Positions 9,049-18,736 of a DNA stretch of 64,000 bases are shown piece after piece. How positions within the stretch are numbered: position 1 is the stretch's first letter; each line of letters begins with the position of its first letter. The position numbers and the translations under genes were made by a program. The notes beneath the pieces were generated by a model. The model saw only the letters and a list, made by a program, of their open reading frames with translations. It searched no databases and had not been told where the DNA came from. This DNA is from a virus, in the IMG/VR virus record IMGVR_UViG_3300030380_006483. One strand, 5' to 3'.

Positions 9049-9730
9049 AAAACAACAACACACAGATTTAGAATCTGTACCAGTAGGTTACGCAAATGGT
9101 GTAGCACCTGGATTTCCTTTAACAGATAAGGAAAAACAAAAAATGATAGATCGTGCTGCAAAAGCATATGGTAAATTCTTAACTGAATTAAAATGTGATT
9201 GGGAAAATGATCCTAATTCGGCTGATACACCAAGACGTGTAGCTAAAGCCTATGTAAATGATTTATGGGAAGGTAGATATACTGCTATGAGTGAAGTAAC
9301 ATCTTTCCCAAGTGATGGTTATGATGGTATAGTAATAGAAAGAAATATACCAATTACATCAATGTGTTCTCACCACCACCAAACTATAAAAGGTTTAGTA
9401 CATATAGGTTATATCGCAGATGAAGATGGTAGAGTAGTTGGATTATCTAAATTAAATAGGATAGTAGAATTATTTGGTAGAAGAGGAGCAATACAAGAAC
9501 AATTAACATCAGCGATTCACAATGCTGTAAACACTATTTGTACGAATAATAAAGGTGTTATTGTTACAGTAGTAGCTACACATAATTGTGTTAGTTGTAG
9601 AGGAGTAAAACATCATGGAGCTTCAATGGTTACAACAAAAGCATCTGGTGTATTTATGCAAAATGAAAACTTAGCTAGAAAGGAGTTTTTTGATTCAATT
9701 AAAGTTAATAATGGAAATCATCCTGTATAA
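9038..9730 (+). CDS. folE: GTP cyclohydrolase I
   Basis: DTPRRVAK, SMCSHHH, VGLSKLNRIV, IQEQLT, HNCVSCRG. Confidence 0.95.
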   Translation: MNNRKQQHTDLESVPVGYANGVAPGFPLTDKEKQKMIDRAAKAYGKFLTELKCDWENDPNSADTPRRVAKAYVNDLWEGRYTAMSEVTSFPSDGYDGIVIERNIPITSMCSHHHQTIKGLVHIGYIADEDGRVVGLSKLNRIVELFGRRGAIQEQLTSAIHNAVNTICTNNKGVIVTVVATHNCVSCRGVKHHGASMVTTKASGVFMQNENLARKEFFDSIKVNNGNHPV

Positions 9731-10167
9731 TGGTAATAGAATTAAATGATAAAGCATTCCTATCATGGGATGACATAGAAAAACAAGTTGATAAACTTGT
9801 AGAACAAATAAATAAAATGGATAAAAAACCATTTTACATTTATGGTGTGCCTCGTGGAGGAGCCATTCCAGCTGTATGGTTATCTCATAAAACTGGTATA
9901 AAATATCAACAAATTAATTCATCCCAAATATCAAAATCAGCAGATTTATCTCATGTATTGATAGTAGATGATATTTGTGATTCAGGAGAAACAATACAAA
10001 AACTTAAAGAAGATTTCCCTAAGTGTTTAACTGCAACTTTATATCATAAAGAATCAGCAATTGATAAACCAGATATTTATGGAGAAATATCCACGTATAA
10101 TTGGTTATATTTTCCTTGGGAAAACCAACAATCCTCAGAAGTAAGAGATAACACATATGGGTTATAA
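9730..10167 (+). CDS. type I phosphoribosyltransferase (Gpt-like)
   Basis: GVPRGG, LIVDDICDSGET PRPP-binding loop, WLYFPWE. Confidence 0.88.
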   Translation: MVIELNDKAFLSWDDIEKQVDKLVEQINKMDKKPFYIYGVPRGGAIPAVWLSHKTGIKYQQINSSQISKSADLSHVLIVDDICDSGETIQKLKEDFPKCLTATLYHKESAIDKPDIYGEISTYNWLYFPWENQQSSEVRDNTYGL

Positions 10168-11221
10168 TATTCTAGGAGTTACTCCTGGTCATAATGGTTC
10201 TATAGCTTTAGTTTCAAACGGAAAATTAGTTTTTTATTTAGAAGAAGAAAGATTATCTAAGGTAAAAAAAGATGCTAATCCATTAAAGACACTTTATTTT
10301 TCATTACAAAAATATAAGATAGATGAAGTAGTATTATGTGGTGCCGGACGTCAATCACCAAACTTAGTCCGTAAAGGAGAGGATTTATATTATTCTATAT
10401 CTAGAAAATTTTATCCTAAAGTAAAATTCACTAGTTATGAAGATCATCATCATCTAACACATGCAGCTTCTTCATTTTATACTTCTGGTTTTCAAAAATC
10501 TTTAGGAGTAGTAATTGATGCCCAAGGATCCAATTTTAATTATAAAGGAGAAAAAATATTTGAAAATGATTCTTTATTTTATTGTGAATATCCTAATAAT
10601 ATTAATCCAATCCATAAAATATATCTTTCTGATTCTATTAGTCATTCAACTAAACAAGAAAAAATTACACCCTTTTTTTCAACAGCAAAGGTTTATGAAG
10701 CAGTAAGTGAATATTTAAATTTTCATGAAGAAGAGGGTAAAACTATGGGTTTATCTTCTTATGGTAAGTCTAATTCTTTTATTTTAGATTTTTTAAAGGA
10801 TGGAATAATAAACCCTAAATATTATACACATGAAAAAACTTATGGTTCTATATACCCAAAAATGAAGTTCCCTAAAAATATCCCTCCTAAAGATATAGCA
10901 TGGGAAATTCAAAATAAATCCCAACAAATAGTAGGTGATTATATAGAAAAAGGAATTAAAGAAACAGGATTAAAACAAGTTTGTTGCGCTGGAGGTTATT
11001 TTTTAAACTGTGTATCAAACTATTATTTAAAAAAAAGATTTCCTGATATAGATTTCTATTTTGACCCAATATCCCATGATGGTGGAACCTCAATTGGAGC
11101 AGCTTTATATAGATGGTACAACCACTCTCAGGATAAGAGTATAAGACCTAGAAAAAATTTGTATAATGGTTTTAAATATTCTAAAAAAGAATTAAAAAAA
11201 ATAATTAAAAAATATTTATAA
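10157..11221 (+). CDS. carbamoyltransferase N-terminal domain only, paralog 2
   Basis: GHNGS, EEERLSK, HHLTHA, VIDAQG, GKTMGLSSYG, HDGG; ends at the linker. Confidence 0.88.
   Translation: MGYNILGVTPGHNGSIALVSNGKLVFYLEEERLSKVKKDANPLKTLYFSLQKYKIDEVVLCGAGRQSPNLVRKGEDLYYSISRKFYPKVKFTSYEDHHHLTHAASSFYTSGFQKSLGVVIDAQGSNFNYKGEKIFENDSLFYCEYPNNINPIHKIYLSDSISHSTKQEKITPFFSTAKVYEAVSEYLNFHEEEGKTMGLSSYGKSNSFILDFLKDGIINPKYYTHEKTYGSIYPKMKFPKNIPPKDIAWEIQNKSQQIVGDYIEKGIKETGLKQVCCAGGYFLNCVSNYYLKKRFPDIDFYFDPISHDGGTSIGAALYRWYNHSQDKSIRPRKNLYNGFKYSKKELKKIIKKYL
10943..11073 (+). repeat. mosaic repeat: 10943-10986 identical to 14267-14310; 10991-11073 matches 7835-7917
   Basis: Direct nucleotide comparison of paralog 3' regions. 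Confidence 0.88.
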
Positions 11222-11223
11222 TT

Positions 11224-11610
11224 ATGAAAGACTTTAATTCAAAAGATAAATCTAAAGGGTTAGGAGATACAATAGCAAAAATTACTAATGCTACTGGTTT
11301 AGATAAAATAGCCGATGCTGTAGCTAAAGCAGCAGGCGCCGAAGATTGTGGTTGTAATAAAAGGAGAAAAACATTAAATGAACTTTTTCCTTACACTAAA
11401 AAAACAGAAATTAAAAAACCACATATTAATACTAAACCTTTAGATAAAATTACTGGAAAATATGAGGTTATTCAAAAAATTCATTGTACCTTACCAGAAT
11501 TAGGAAGGATAACTTTTAATAAAGGTTCTGTTTTATTAATAGATAAAAAACACCCTTTATATAAAGATATTTCTTTTTACTATAAAAAAAATATTATTAA
11601 AAAAATATAA
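11224..11610 (+). CDS. hypothetical phage protein
   Basis: SKGLGDTIAKIT..DCGCNKRR..LNELFPY motif typical of small phage proteins; function unknown. Confidence 0.7.
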   Translation: MKDFNSKDKSKGLGDTIAKITNATGLDKIADAVAKAAGAEDCGCNKRRKTLNELFPYTKKTEIKKPHINTKPLDKITGKYEVIQKIHCTLPELGRITFNKGSVLLIDKKHPLYKDISFYYKKNIIKKI

Positions 11611-13350
11611 ATGGCATATAATATTCTAGGAATTAATCCTGGCCATAATGGTTCTGCCGCCGTAATTTCAGATGGTAAGTTAGTTTATTATTTAGAAGAA
11701 GAAAGATTAACAAAAGAAAAAAGAGATGGAAATCCTTTTAAAACTATAATCGATATTTGTTCTAAGTTTTCTATTAACGAACTAATAATAGGGGGAACAA
11801 ACACCCCAGCTGAAAGGTCAACTTTATCTTATACTAAAGAAAATCCCTATTTTTCTCTTGTAAGAAAATTAAATTTAGGAATAGAAGACTATACAAATTT
11901 ATCCAGCAGCCACCATTTATTGCATGCTTTTAGTAGCTTACATAATTCCCCATTTCAATCTGCTGCTGTTATAGTAGTAGATGGATGTGGGTCTTGGCTA
12001 CACTATAATGATATTGCTCCTTTTTCTTCACTTGCAATAGAAGAAGGTAAAAATAATAATGTTCATGAAGCTGAAAGTATATATGAGATAAATACAAATA
12101 AATTTCCAATTGAAGAGGGGATAGAAAAACATTATGTTAATTATATTAGTAATAATATTAATGTTGAAACTAAATTTATTAATAGAAATCCTGGAATAGT
12201 TAAAGTATATGAAGGTATAACCGATTATTTAGGTTTTCATCCTTTAGATGCAGGAAAAGTAATGGGTTTATCTTCTTATGGTAAGTCAAATCCAAACATT
12301 CCTCCTTTATTTGTAAATCATAAAGGTAATTTAGATATATTTAAACCATCATACCCAGCAAAATGTGAATTATTAACTAACAACACCCCAGTACTACATG
12401 GTAATCAAAAAACCAAAGACTTTCATCATGATAAATCAAAACTTAATATGGTTTATGCTGATTTAGCTTATGAAGTACAAACCCAAACAGAAAAAGAAAT
12501 ACATCACTTAATTGAAAAAGCTATAAATTTAACAGGTAATAATAATATTTGTATTACTGGAGGGTATGGGTTAAATTGTGTAGCTAATTATAACATGAAA
12601 AAAAAATTCCCTAAGATAAACTTTTTTCATGATCCTGTATCTTTTGATGGGGGAATATCAATAGGTGCAGCATACTTAGGATGGTTAATAAAAAAAGAGA
12701 AAAACGATAAATCAAAATCATTTTCACTTTATTTAGGCCCTAAATATTCTTTAAAAAAATATAAAAAACAAATTAAAAATTATTCAAAAATGTTTAACAC
12801 TTATAAAGTAAATTATAAAGATGTAGCTAAAATAATTTCAGAAAGAAATATAGTTACAATATTCCAAGGCAGATCAGAGGCTGGTCCTCGTGCTTTAGGA
12901 AATAGGTCCATTTTATACGATCCAACAGACCCTAATGGTAAGGATTTTGTAAATAAAGTTAAAAAAAGAGAATGGTTTAGACCATTTGCTGGTACTGTTT
13001 TATTAGAAAAAGCTAATGAATATTTTGATATGGCTGGTTTAAAAGAATCTCCGTTTATGATGTATGCAATGGATGTTTGGCCTGATAAACAAGATAAAAT
13101 TCCTTGTATTACCCACGTAGATGGTACTTGTAGAATCCAAACATTAACCGAAGAACAAAATCCACATTATTATAAATTAATTCAAGAATTTGAAAAAATA
13201 ACAGGTGTACCTATTTTATTTAATACTTCATTTAATTTAGCAGGTGATCCACTTGTAGAGACAATTGAAGATGCATTAGAAACAATGCTTAAAAGTGAAA
13301 TGAAATATATGTATGTTCCTGAATTAGAAATGCTTTTAGAGAAAAAATAA
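11611..13350 (+). CDS. full-length carbamoyltransferase (NodU/CmcH/TobZ family)
   Basis: N-domain HHLLHA/VVDGCG/FDGG plus C-domain GRSEAGPRALGNRS, KKREWFRPFA, HVDGTCRIQT, NTSFN. Confidence 0.95.
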   Translation: MAYNILGINPGHNGSAAVISDGKLVYYLEEERLTKEKRDGNPFKTIIDICSKFSINELIIGGTNTPAERSTLSYTKENPYFSLVRKLNLGIEDYTNLSSSHHLLHAFSSLHNSPFQSAAVIVVDGCGSWLHYNDIAPFSSLAIEEGKNNNVHEAESIYEINTNKFPIEEGIEKHYVNYISNNINVETKFINRNPGIVKVYEGITDYLGFHPLDAGKVMGLSSYGKSNPNIPPLFVNHKGNLDIFKPSYPAKCELLTNNTPVLHGNQKTKDFHHDKSKLNMVYADLAYEVQTQTEKEIHHLIEKAINLTGNNNICITGGYGLNCVANYNMKKKFPKINFFHDPVSFDGGISIGAAYLGWLIKKEKNDKSKSFSLYLGPKYSLKKYKKQIKNYSKMFNTYKVNYKDVAKIISERNIVTIFQGRSEAGPRALGNRSILYDPTDPNGKDFVNKVKKREWFRPFAGTVLLEKANEYFDMAGLKESPFMMYAMDVWPDKQDKIPCITHVDGTCRIQTLTEEQNPHYYKLIQEFEKITGVPILFNTSFNLAGDPLVETIEDALETMLKSEMKYMYVPELEMLLEKK

Positions 13351-13354
13351 AATT

Positions 13355-14551
13355 ATGAAAATATTAGGATTTAATCCTTCTCATCATAGCTCTACTTGTA
13401 TAGTAAATAATGGTGAAATAGAATACTTCATCCAAGAAGAAAGAATAAATAAAATGAAATATGTTTCTTTCCCAATGGAATCTTTTATAGAACTCCTAAA
13501 AAACAGAACCCCAGATGTAGTATGTTTCGCTGGTGCTAGTATATCTTTTCCACTTTGTGGCCAATCAGATGACAACCTTTGGCATGTAATAACTGATATT
13601 TACTTAAAAGAAAATTATGAATTTTTTGATTTTTCTTTTAGTTATGATCAAAAGAATAAACCTAATGATGGAGGATTCCATCATATTGCACATGCTTCTA
13701 GTGCTTTTTACAATTCAGGCTTTAAAGAAGCTTTATGTTTAGTAGCAGATGGATTAGGATCTATTATTTTAAATAGTGGTACTGAAACTGAAACTCTTTT
13801 TAAATTTTCATATCCATCTTTTTTTGAAATACTACATAAAAAACTATATATGGACAACTTTCCTAAACATGTATCAGAATCTCTCCCAGATAATATGACA
13901 ATAACAACAAAAGTAAACCTAAGTAGAGTTTATGAAACTGTAACAATGTGGTTAGGGTTTAGTAGGAATGATGCTGGTAAAACTATGGGTTTATCTTCTT
14001 ATGGAAAATATAATAAAAATATTCCTAATTTTTTAGATAAAGAAGGAGATGGAGACCCCAATGTAATTATTGTTGACCGTGATAGAAAAGGAGAATATGA
14101 AATTGAAAAAGGATATCAGTGTACTTTTATAGATAAAGAAAAGAATCCTTATTTAAAAAACCAAGATGCAACAAAATGGCACCATAATAAATCAAATATA
14201 ACAGACTTAGAAAAAGACGTAGCTTGGAAAGTTCAAGATGAAACACAAAAAAGAATAGGTGATATAATAGAAAAAGGAATTAAAGAAACAGGATTAAAAC
14301 AAGTTTGTTGTAGTGGGGGTTATTTTTTAAATTGTGTTGCAAACTATTATCTTGTAAAAAGATTTCCTGATATAGATTTTTATTTTGACCCAATAGCTAA
14401 TGATGCTGGTACAGCTATGGGAATAGCTCAATTAGTTTATCATCACAAAACTAGAGATACTACTATAAGACCTTTAAAATCTTTATATTTAGGTCCAAAA
14501 TATCCAAAAGAAGAACTATTAAAAGAAATTAAAAAATATGTGGATAACTAA
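13355..14551 (+). CDS. carbamoyltransferase N-terminal domain only, paralog 4
   Basis: QEERINK, HHIAHA, VADGLG, AGKTMGLSSYG, NDAG; ends at the linker. Confidence 0.88.
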   Translation: MKILGFNPSHHSSTCIVNNGEIEYFIQEERINKMKYVSFPMESFIELLKNRTPDVVCFAGASISFPLCGQSDDNLWHVITDIYLKENYEFFDFSFSYDQKNKPNDGGFHHIAHASSAFYNSGFKEALCLVADGLGSIILNSGTETETLFKFSYPSFFEILHKKLYMDNFPKHVSESLPDNMTITTKVNLSRVYETVTMWLGFSRNDAGKTMGLSSYGKYNKNIPNFLDKEGDGDPNVIIVDRDRKGEYEIEKGYQCTFIDKEKNPYLKNQDATKWHHNKSNITDLEKDVAWKVQDETQKRIGDIIEKGIKETGLKQVCCSGGYFLNCVANYYLVKRFPDIDFYFDPIANDAGTAMGIAQLVYHHKTRDTTIRPLKSLYLGPKYPKEELLKEIKKYVDN

Positions 14552-14574
14552 TTTAAAAATATTATATTATCAAT

Positions 14575-15078
14575 ATGAAAAAATCAAACGTACCTTTTGT
14601 AAATGAAGTAGAAGATTTTAATAATTTAATGTCTAAACCAAATAATTATACACCTACTATTCCTGAAAAAAAAGAATGGCAATTTGTATATGACTTTGTT
14701 TTAGAAGAATTAGAAGAATATAAAGAAGCATGTGAAAAGGGAGACATTGTAGAAATATTAGATGCTTTATGTGATATAGCTTATGTATCTTTAGGAAATG
14801 GTACTATGCTTCATGGCCTAAAAGATAAAATATGGCCAGCTTATCAGGAAGTTCAGGCATCAAATATGTCAAAGGCATGTAAAACTGTAAACGAAGCTAT
14901 TGAAACTACTCTTAAAAGATCTGAGGAACAAGGGGAACCTTGTCATTGGGAACAAGTAGGCGATATGTATATTGTGTATAGAACACGTGATCGTAAAGTA
15001 ATGAAATCACTTACTTACTTTAGACCCGATCTAAAACAATTCTTTACCGATGAAGAAATTACTAACAGTACTAAGTAA
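14575..15078 (+). CDS. all-alpha NTP pyrophosphohydrolase (MazG-like, DR2231/PRA-PH-like)
   Basis: LEELEEY..DIVEILDALCDIAYV, EVQASNMSK, KVMKS..YFRPDL. Confidence 0.82.
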   Translation: MKKSNVPFVNEVEDFNNLMSKPNNYTPTIPEKKEWQFVYDFVLEELEEYKEACEKGDIVEILDALCDIAYVSLGNGTMLHGLKDKIWPAYQEVQASNMSKACKTVNEAIETTLKRSEEQGEPCHWEQVGDMYIVYRTRDRKVMKSLTYFRPDLKQFFTDEEITNSTK

Positions 15079-16360
15079 AGGAACCCTCCCCTTTATTATT
15101 GCATTCTCTGCCCTGTCAGTTAGTGCTTCAGCCGCTTTCTATTCAGTTAGCGGTTTAAGTAAACTATTTGCTGGGGCTTCATTTGAAGTAATTATTATGG
15201 CTGGTTCATTAGAAGTAGCTAAATTAGTTACTGCCTCATTATTATATCAATATTGGGACAAGATAAATAAAATTCTTAGAACCTATTTAATTATAGCAAC
15301 TATTATACTTGTATTAGTAACTAGTATGGGTATTTATGGTTTTTTAAGTGCTGCTTATCAGGAGACATACCAAAAATTATCTATTAATGAAAATAGAATA
15401 GAATTTTTAGACCAAAAAAGAGAATTTTACCAACAAGATGTAACTAGATATGATGATGAGTTAGCAAGAATATCTGGAAATATCTCAACTCTATCTAATG
15501 CTAGAGCAACCTCAATCCAAGTTAGAGATACTACTTCATCTACAGGGGTTAGAAATACTATTTCAACTGCCGAGCTAAGATTAGCTCAAAGTAGAATAGA
15601 AGTTGAAGAAAAAAATAGAAATGATGTTCAAGCTAGAAGAGAAATAGCAGCTGATAGTTTGCAAAAATATCAACTTGAAATATTAGACCTAGAAAATGAT
15701 ACCGAAATAACAGGTGAGTTAGGTCCATTACAATATCTATCAGGTTTAACTGGTACCCCAATGGATAAAATAATTAACTGGTTATTATTAGTAATTATTT
15801 TTGTATTTGACCCATTAGCTATATCTTTAGTAGTTGCTGCTAACTTTGCGTTTGCTCAGGCTTTTCCTAAAAAAGAAGAAGATTTAATTTTAGATTTACC
15901 TGATTTTGATCCTTTTCCTAGTGATTCGGAAGCAGAACTTTATCCCGAAGAAGAAGAAGAAAAAAAAGTAAATATAAATGATTGGGATATAGAAGAAGCA
16001 GAAAAAAGAATGGATATTATAGGTCAAAATGGTAATGAAGGATTACATTATGATGATACGGAAATAAAAGAATATATTGCAACTGCAGAAGATAAAATTA
16101 TGGCTGCTACTAAATCTATTATTGAAAAACAAAAAATAGAAGATAATAAATTAAAAGATAAATTGGATGCTGCTAATAAAGAAATAAATGAATTAGATAG
16201 ATCTAGTTTAAAAATAATTGATTCTATAAAACATATTAATGATTATTTAAAAATTCATGCACCTTATTATGATAATCAAGGAATAGCTCTTGATAATATA
16301 AAACTTGGCTTTGCCGAAGAGGATGATTATATTGACGATGATAATAGTAAAATATATTAA
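15050..16360 (+). CDS. membrane-anchored coiled-coil protein
   Basis: Three N-terminal hydrophobic segments, long charged helix, another TM (LLLVIIFVFDPLA), acidic tail. Confidence 0.7.
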   Translation: MKKLLTVLSKGTLPFIIAFSALSVSASAAFYSVSGLSKLFAGASFEVIIMAGSLEVAKLVTASLLYQYWDKINKILRTYLIIATIILVLVTSMGIYGFLSAAYQETYQKLSINENRIEFLDQKREFYQQDVTRYDDELARISGNISTLSNARATSIQVRDTTSSTGVRNTISTAELRLAQSRIEVEEKNRNDVQARREIAADSLQKYQLEILDLENDTEITGELGPLQYLSGLTGTPMDKIINWLLLVIIFVFDPLAISLVVAANFAFAQAFPKKEEDLILDLPDFDPFPSDSEAELYPEEEEEKKVNINDWDIEEAEKRMDIIGQNGNEGLHYDDTEIKEYIATAEDKIMAATKSIIEKQKIEDNKLKDKLDAANKEINELDRSSLKIIDSIKHINDYLKIHAPYYDNQGIALDNIKLGFAEEDDYIDDDNSKIY

Positions 16361-16362
16361 AA

Positions 16363-16953
16363 ATGATTGGTTTTCCTGAGTTTCAATTTACAAAACCTAC
16401 ATATATTCATCAAGAAGAAAATTTTTTTACTGGTGAAGAAGTAGATAAAATATTAAATGATTTAAAAGATGTATCTTATGAAAGGGGTGCAACAGGTGAT
16501 TTTAATTCAAATAAAGATTCTTTATCACTTCAGATACGAAAAAGTAATATAAAGTGGATTCCACATGAAGAAAAATTTCATTGGTTATATGATAAACTAT
16601 CAGCCCAAATTCATTTAATAAATTCTTTTACTTGGAAATTTAATCTTAATAATAGTTTTGAACACATTCAATACACTGAATATGATTCAAAAGAAAAAGG
16701 ACAATATAATTGGCATGTAGATGTAGGAGAAGGAATGTCTTGTTTTAGAAAAATTTCAATTTCAATTCAACTTTCAAATGCTAGTGAATATGATGGGGGA
16801 GAATTTAGAATTTTTAACCAAAAAGGTCCAAGTCCTAAATCTAGAGGAACTGCAATTATTTTTCCTTCTTTTATTCCCCATAAAGTTACACCCGTAACTA
16901 GAGGAAATAGGAAATCTTTAGTATTGTGGGTTGGTGGTAGTCCTTATAAATAA
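16363..16953 (+). CDS. 2OG-Fe(II) oxygenase (PKHD/prolyl-hydroxylase type)
   Basis: YNWHVD, RKISISIQL, EYDGGEF, IFPSFIPHKVTPVTRGNRKSLVLW. Confidence 0.88.
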   Translation: MIGFPEFQFTKPTYIHQEENFFTGEEVDKILNDLKDVSYERGATGDFNSNKDSLSLQIRKSNIKWIPHEEKFHWLYDKLSAQIHLINSFTWKFNLNNSFEHIQYTEYDSKEKGQYNWHVDVGEGMSCFRKISISIQLSNASEYDGGEFRIFNQKGPSPKSRGTAIIFPSFIPHKVTPVTRGNRKSLVLWVGGSPYK

Positions 16954-16956
16954 TTT

Positions 16957-18708
16957 ATGTATAAAAAAATATACGAGCAAGGTAGAGGAGAAAATAAACA
17001 TTTAATACATCTTTGGACAGACGAGGGTTACGAAAAGATTGAATGGAACAACTATGCTTATAAAGAATGTTCGCCTAATGATGCAGAATTTAAAGGTTTG
17101 AAAGGTGAACCACTTCGTAAAACACACACTTGGGATAGAAAAACCCCTAAACTCCACTTTAGTGATATCTCAGCTCACCAAAAATTCCTTATAGAAAAAT
17201 ATGGTATTGACGATGAACCTTCTACTTCACATAAGGAGGTTTTTTTTGATATCGAGTGTGAGATGGGAGGAGCATTGACAGAAGAATATATTTCTAATGC
17301 ACCTAAGCCAATTACTTCTATTGCTTGGTATGATAAACAAGCAGATTGGTGGTCAATCGTTATTTTAGATAAAAAAGGTCAATTAAAACATACTAAAACT
17401 AAAAATAAAGAAATTATACCTTTACCACATGAGGCAGATCTATTAGATACATTTTTAAATAAAATGGAAGAAATTCAACCAGATATGTTAATTGGGTATA
17501 ATAGTGACTATTTTGATATTCCTTATTTATACTATAGAATGTGTAATGTGTTGGGAGAAACAGATGCAAAAAGATTATCCCCTATAGGAATAGTTAAATA
17601 CAAAAAGAATAATCAATATTGGTATAAAAAAGACCAATTTGTAGATATAGCAGGTGTTGAATCTCTTGATTATATGAGATTACATAAAAAATATAGTTGG
17701 GAGGATGAACCAAGTTGGAAGTTAGATTCTATTGGAGAAAAATATGCTGGTATAAATAAAATTGAATATGATGGTTCTTTAGATAGATTATTTGAAGAGG
17801 ATATACATAAATTTATTCAATATAACTTTGTTGATGTTGAAATATTAGTTGAATTAGATAAAAAATTACAATATATAGCTTTAACAAAAAATTTAGCCCA
17901 TAAAGGTAAAGTAAAATATAGTGAAGTGTATGCTTCATCTAAAATCCATGATGGTGCTATCTCAGCTTACCTATTATCTCAGGGAATAATACCCCCAGGA
18001 CGCCCTAAGGGGGAAAGTAAATTAAATTATGCTGGTGGTTACTTATTTTGCCCTAAAGCAGGGTTATACAAATATATGTTTGATGAAGATTTAACATCAC
18101 TATATCCTTCTATTATAATGACTTTAAATATAGGTAGAGAAACTATTATAGGAAAAATAATTACAGATACATTACCCGAAAAATTAGAAGATTTTGGTCC
18201 TTATGGTGGTAAATCTGATCGAAATAACTATCTAGGTTTAGGTGATTTAAAAGAAATGGATCCAGATGATGAAATTAGAGTTATGGATCCTAATGAAAAT
18301 ATTCAAAACACAACTGTAGGTAAAGTAATTGAAGTAATAGAAAAGAATAATTTTTCAATAGCGGCAAATGGAACCTTTTTTAGAACTGATAAACAATCAG
18401 TATTATCTACTATTTTAAATAAATGGTTTGATGAAAGGGTCATTTATAAAAATAGAATGAAGCACTGTTACCAAAAGGGTGATAATGAAGGTGGTGCTAA
18501 AAATCATTTACTACAATATACAATGAAAATTTTACTGAATTCTTTATATGGAGCTACTGCCTTACCATCATTTAGATATGGTTTACCAAAATCTATACTA
18601 AGTGAAGCAATTACATTATCAGGGTGGAGAATCATACAAGAATCTGCATTAGTTGCTAATACACATATGAATAAAGTTTTAAGGAATGAAATAAAGTTAG
18701 CATTATAA
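16957..18708 (+). CDS. family B DNA polymerase, N-terminal subunit (exonuclease + motifs A and B)
   Basis: FDIECE (ExoI), GYNSDYFD (ExoII), YNFVD (ExoIII), YAGGY, DLTSLYPSII, KILLNSLYG; motif C absent. Confidence 0.93.
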   Translation: MYKKIYEQGRGENKHLIHLWTDEGYEKIEWNNYAYKECSPNDAEFKGLKGEPLRKTHTWDRKTPKLHFSDISAHQKFLIEKYGIDDEPSTSHKEVFFDIECEMGGALTEEYISNAPKPITSIAWYDKQADWWSIVILDKKGQLKHTKTKNKEIIPLPHEADLLDTFLNKMEEIQPDMLIGYNSDYFDIPYLYYRMCNVLGETDAKRLSPIGIVKYKKNNQYWYKKDQFVDIAGVESLDYMRLHKKYSWEDEPSWKLDSIGEKYAGINKIEYDGSLDRLFEEDIHKFIQYNFVDVEILVELDKKLQYIALTKNLAHKGKVKYSEVYASSKIHDGAISAYLLSQGIIPPGRPKGESKLNYAGGYLFCPKAGLYKYMFDEDLTSLYPSIIMTLNIGRETIIGKIITDTLPEKLEDFGPYGGKSDRNNYLGLGDLKEMDPDDEIRVMDPNENIQNTTVGKVIEVIEKNNFSIAANGTFFRTDKQSVLSTILNKWFDERVIYKNRMKHCYQKGDNEGGAKNHLLQYTMKILLNSLYGATALPSFRYGLPKSILSEAITLSGWRIIQESALVANTHMNKVLRNEIKLAL

Positions 18709-18736
18709 TATTTACAATCACAATAATTTTAAAAAT

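Noticed and set aside
6959-14551. Frameshifted or pseudogenised carbamoyltransferases
   Set aside because: No C-domain remnants in other frames after the three stops; unrelated intact genes follow, and catalytic motifs are preserved
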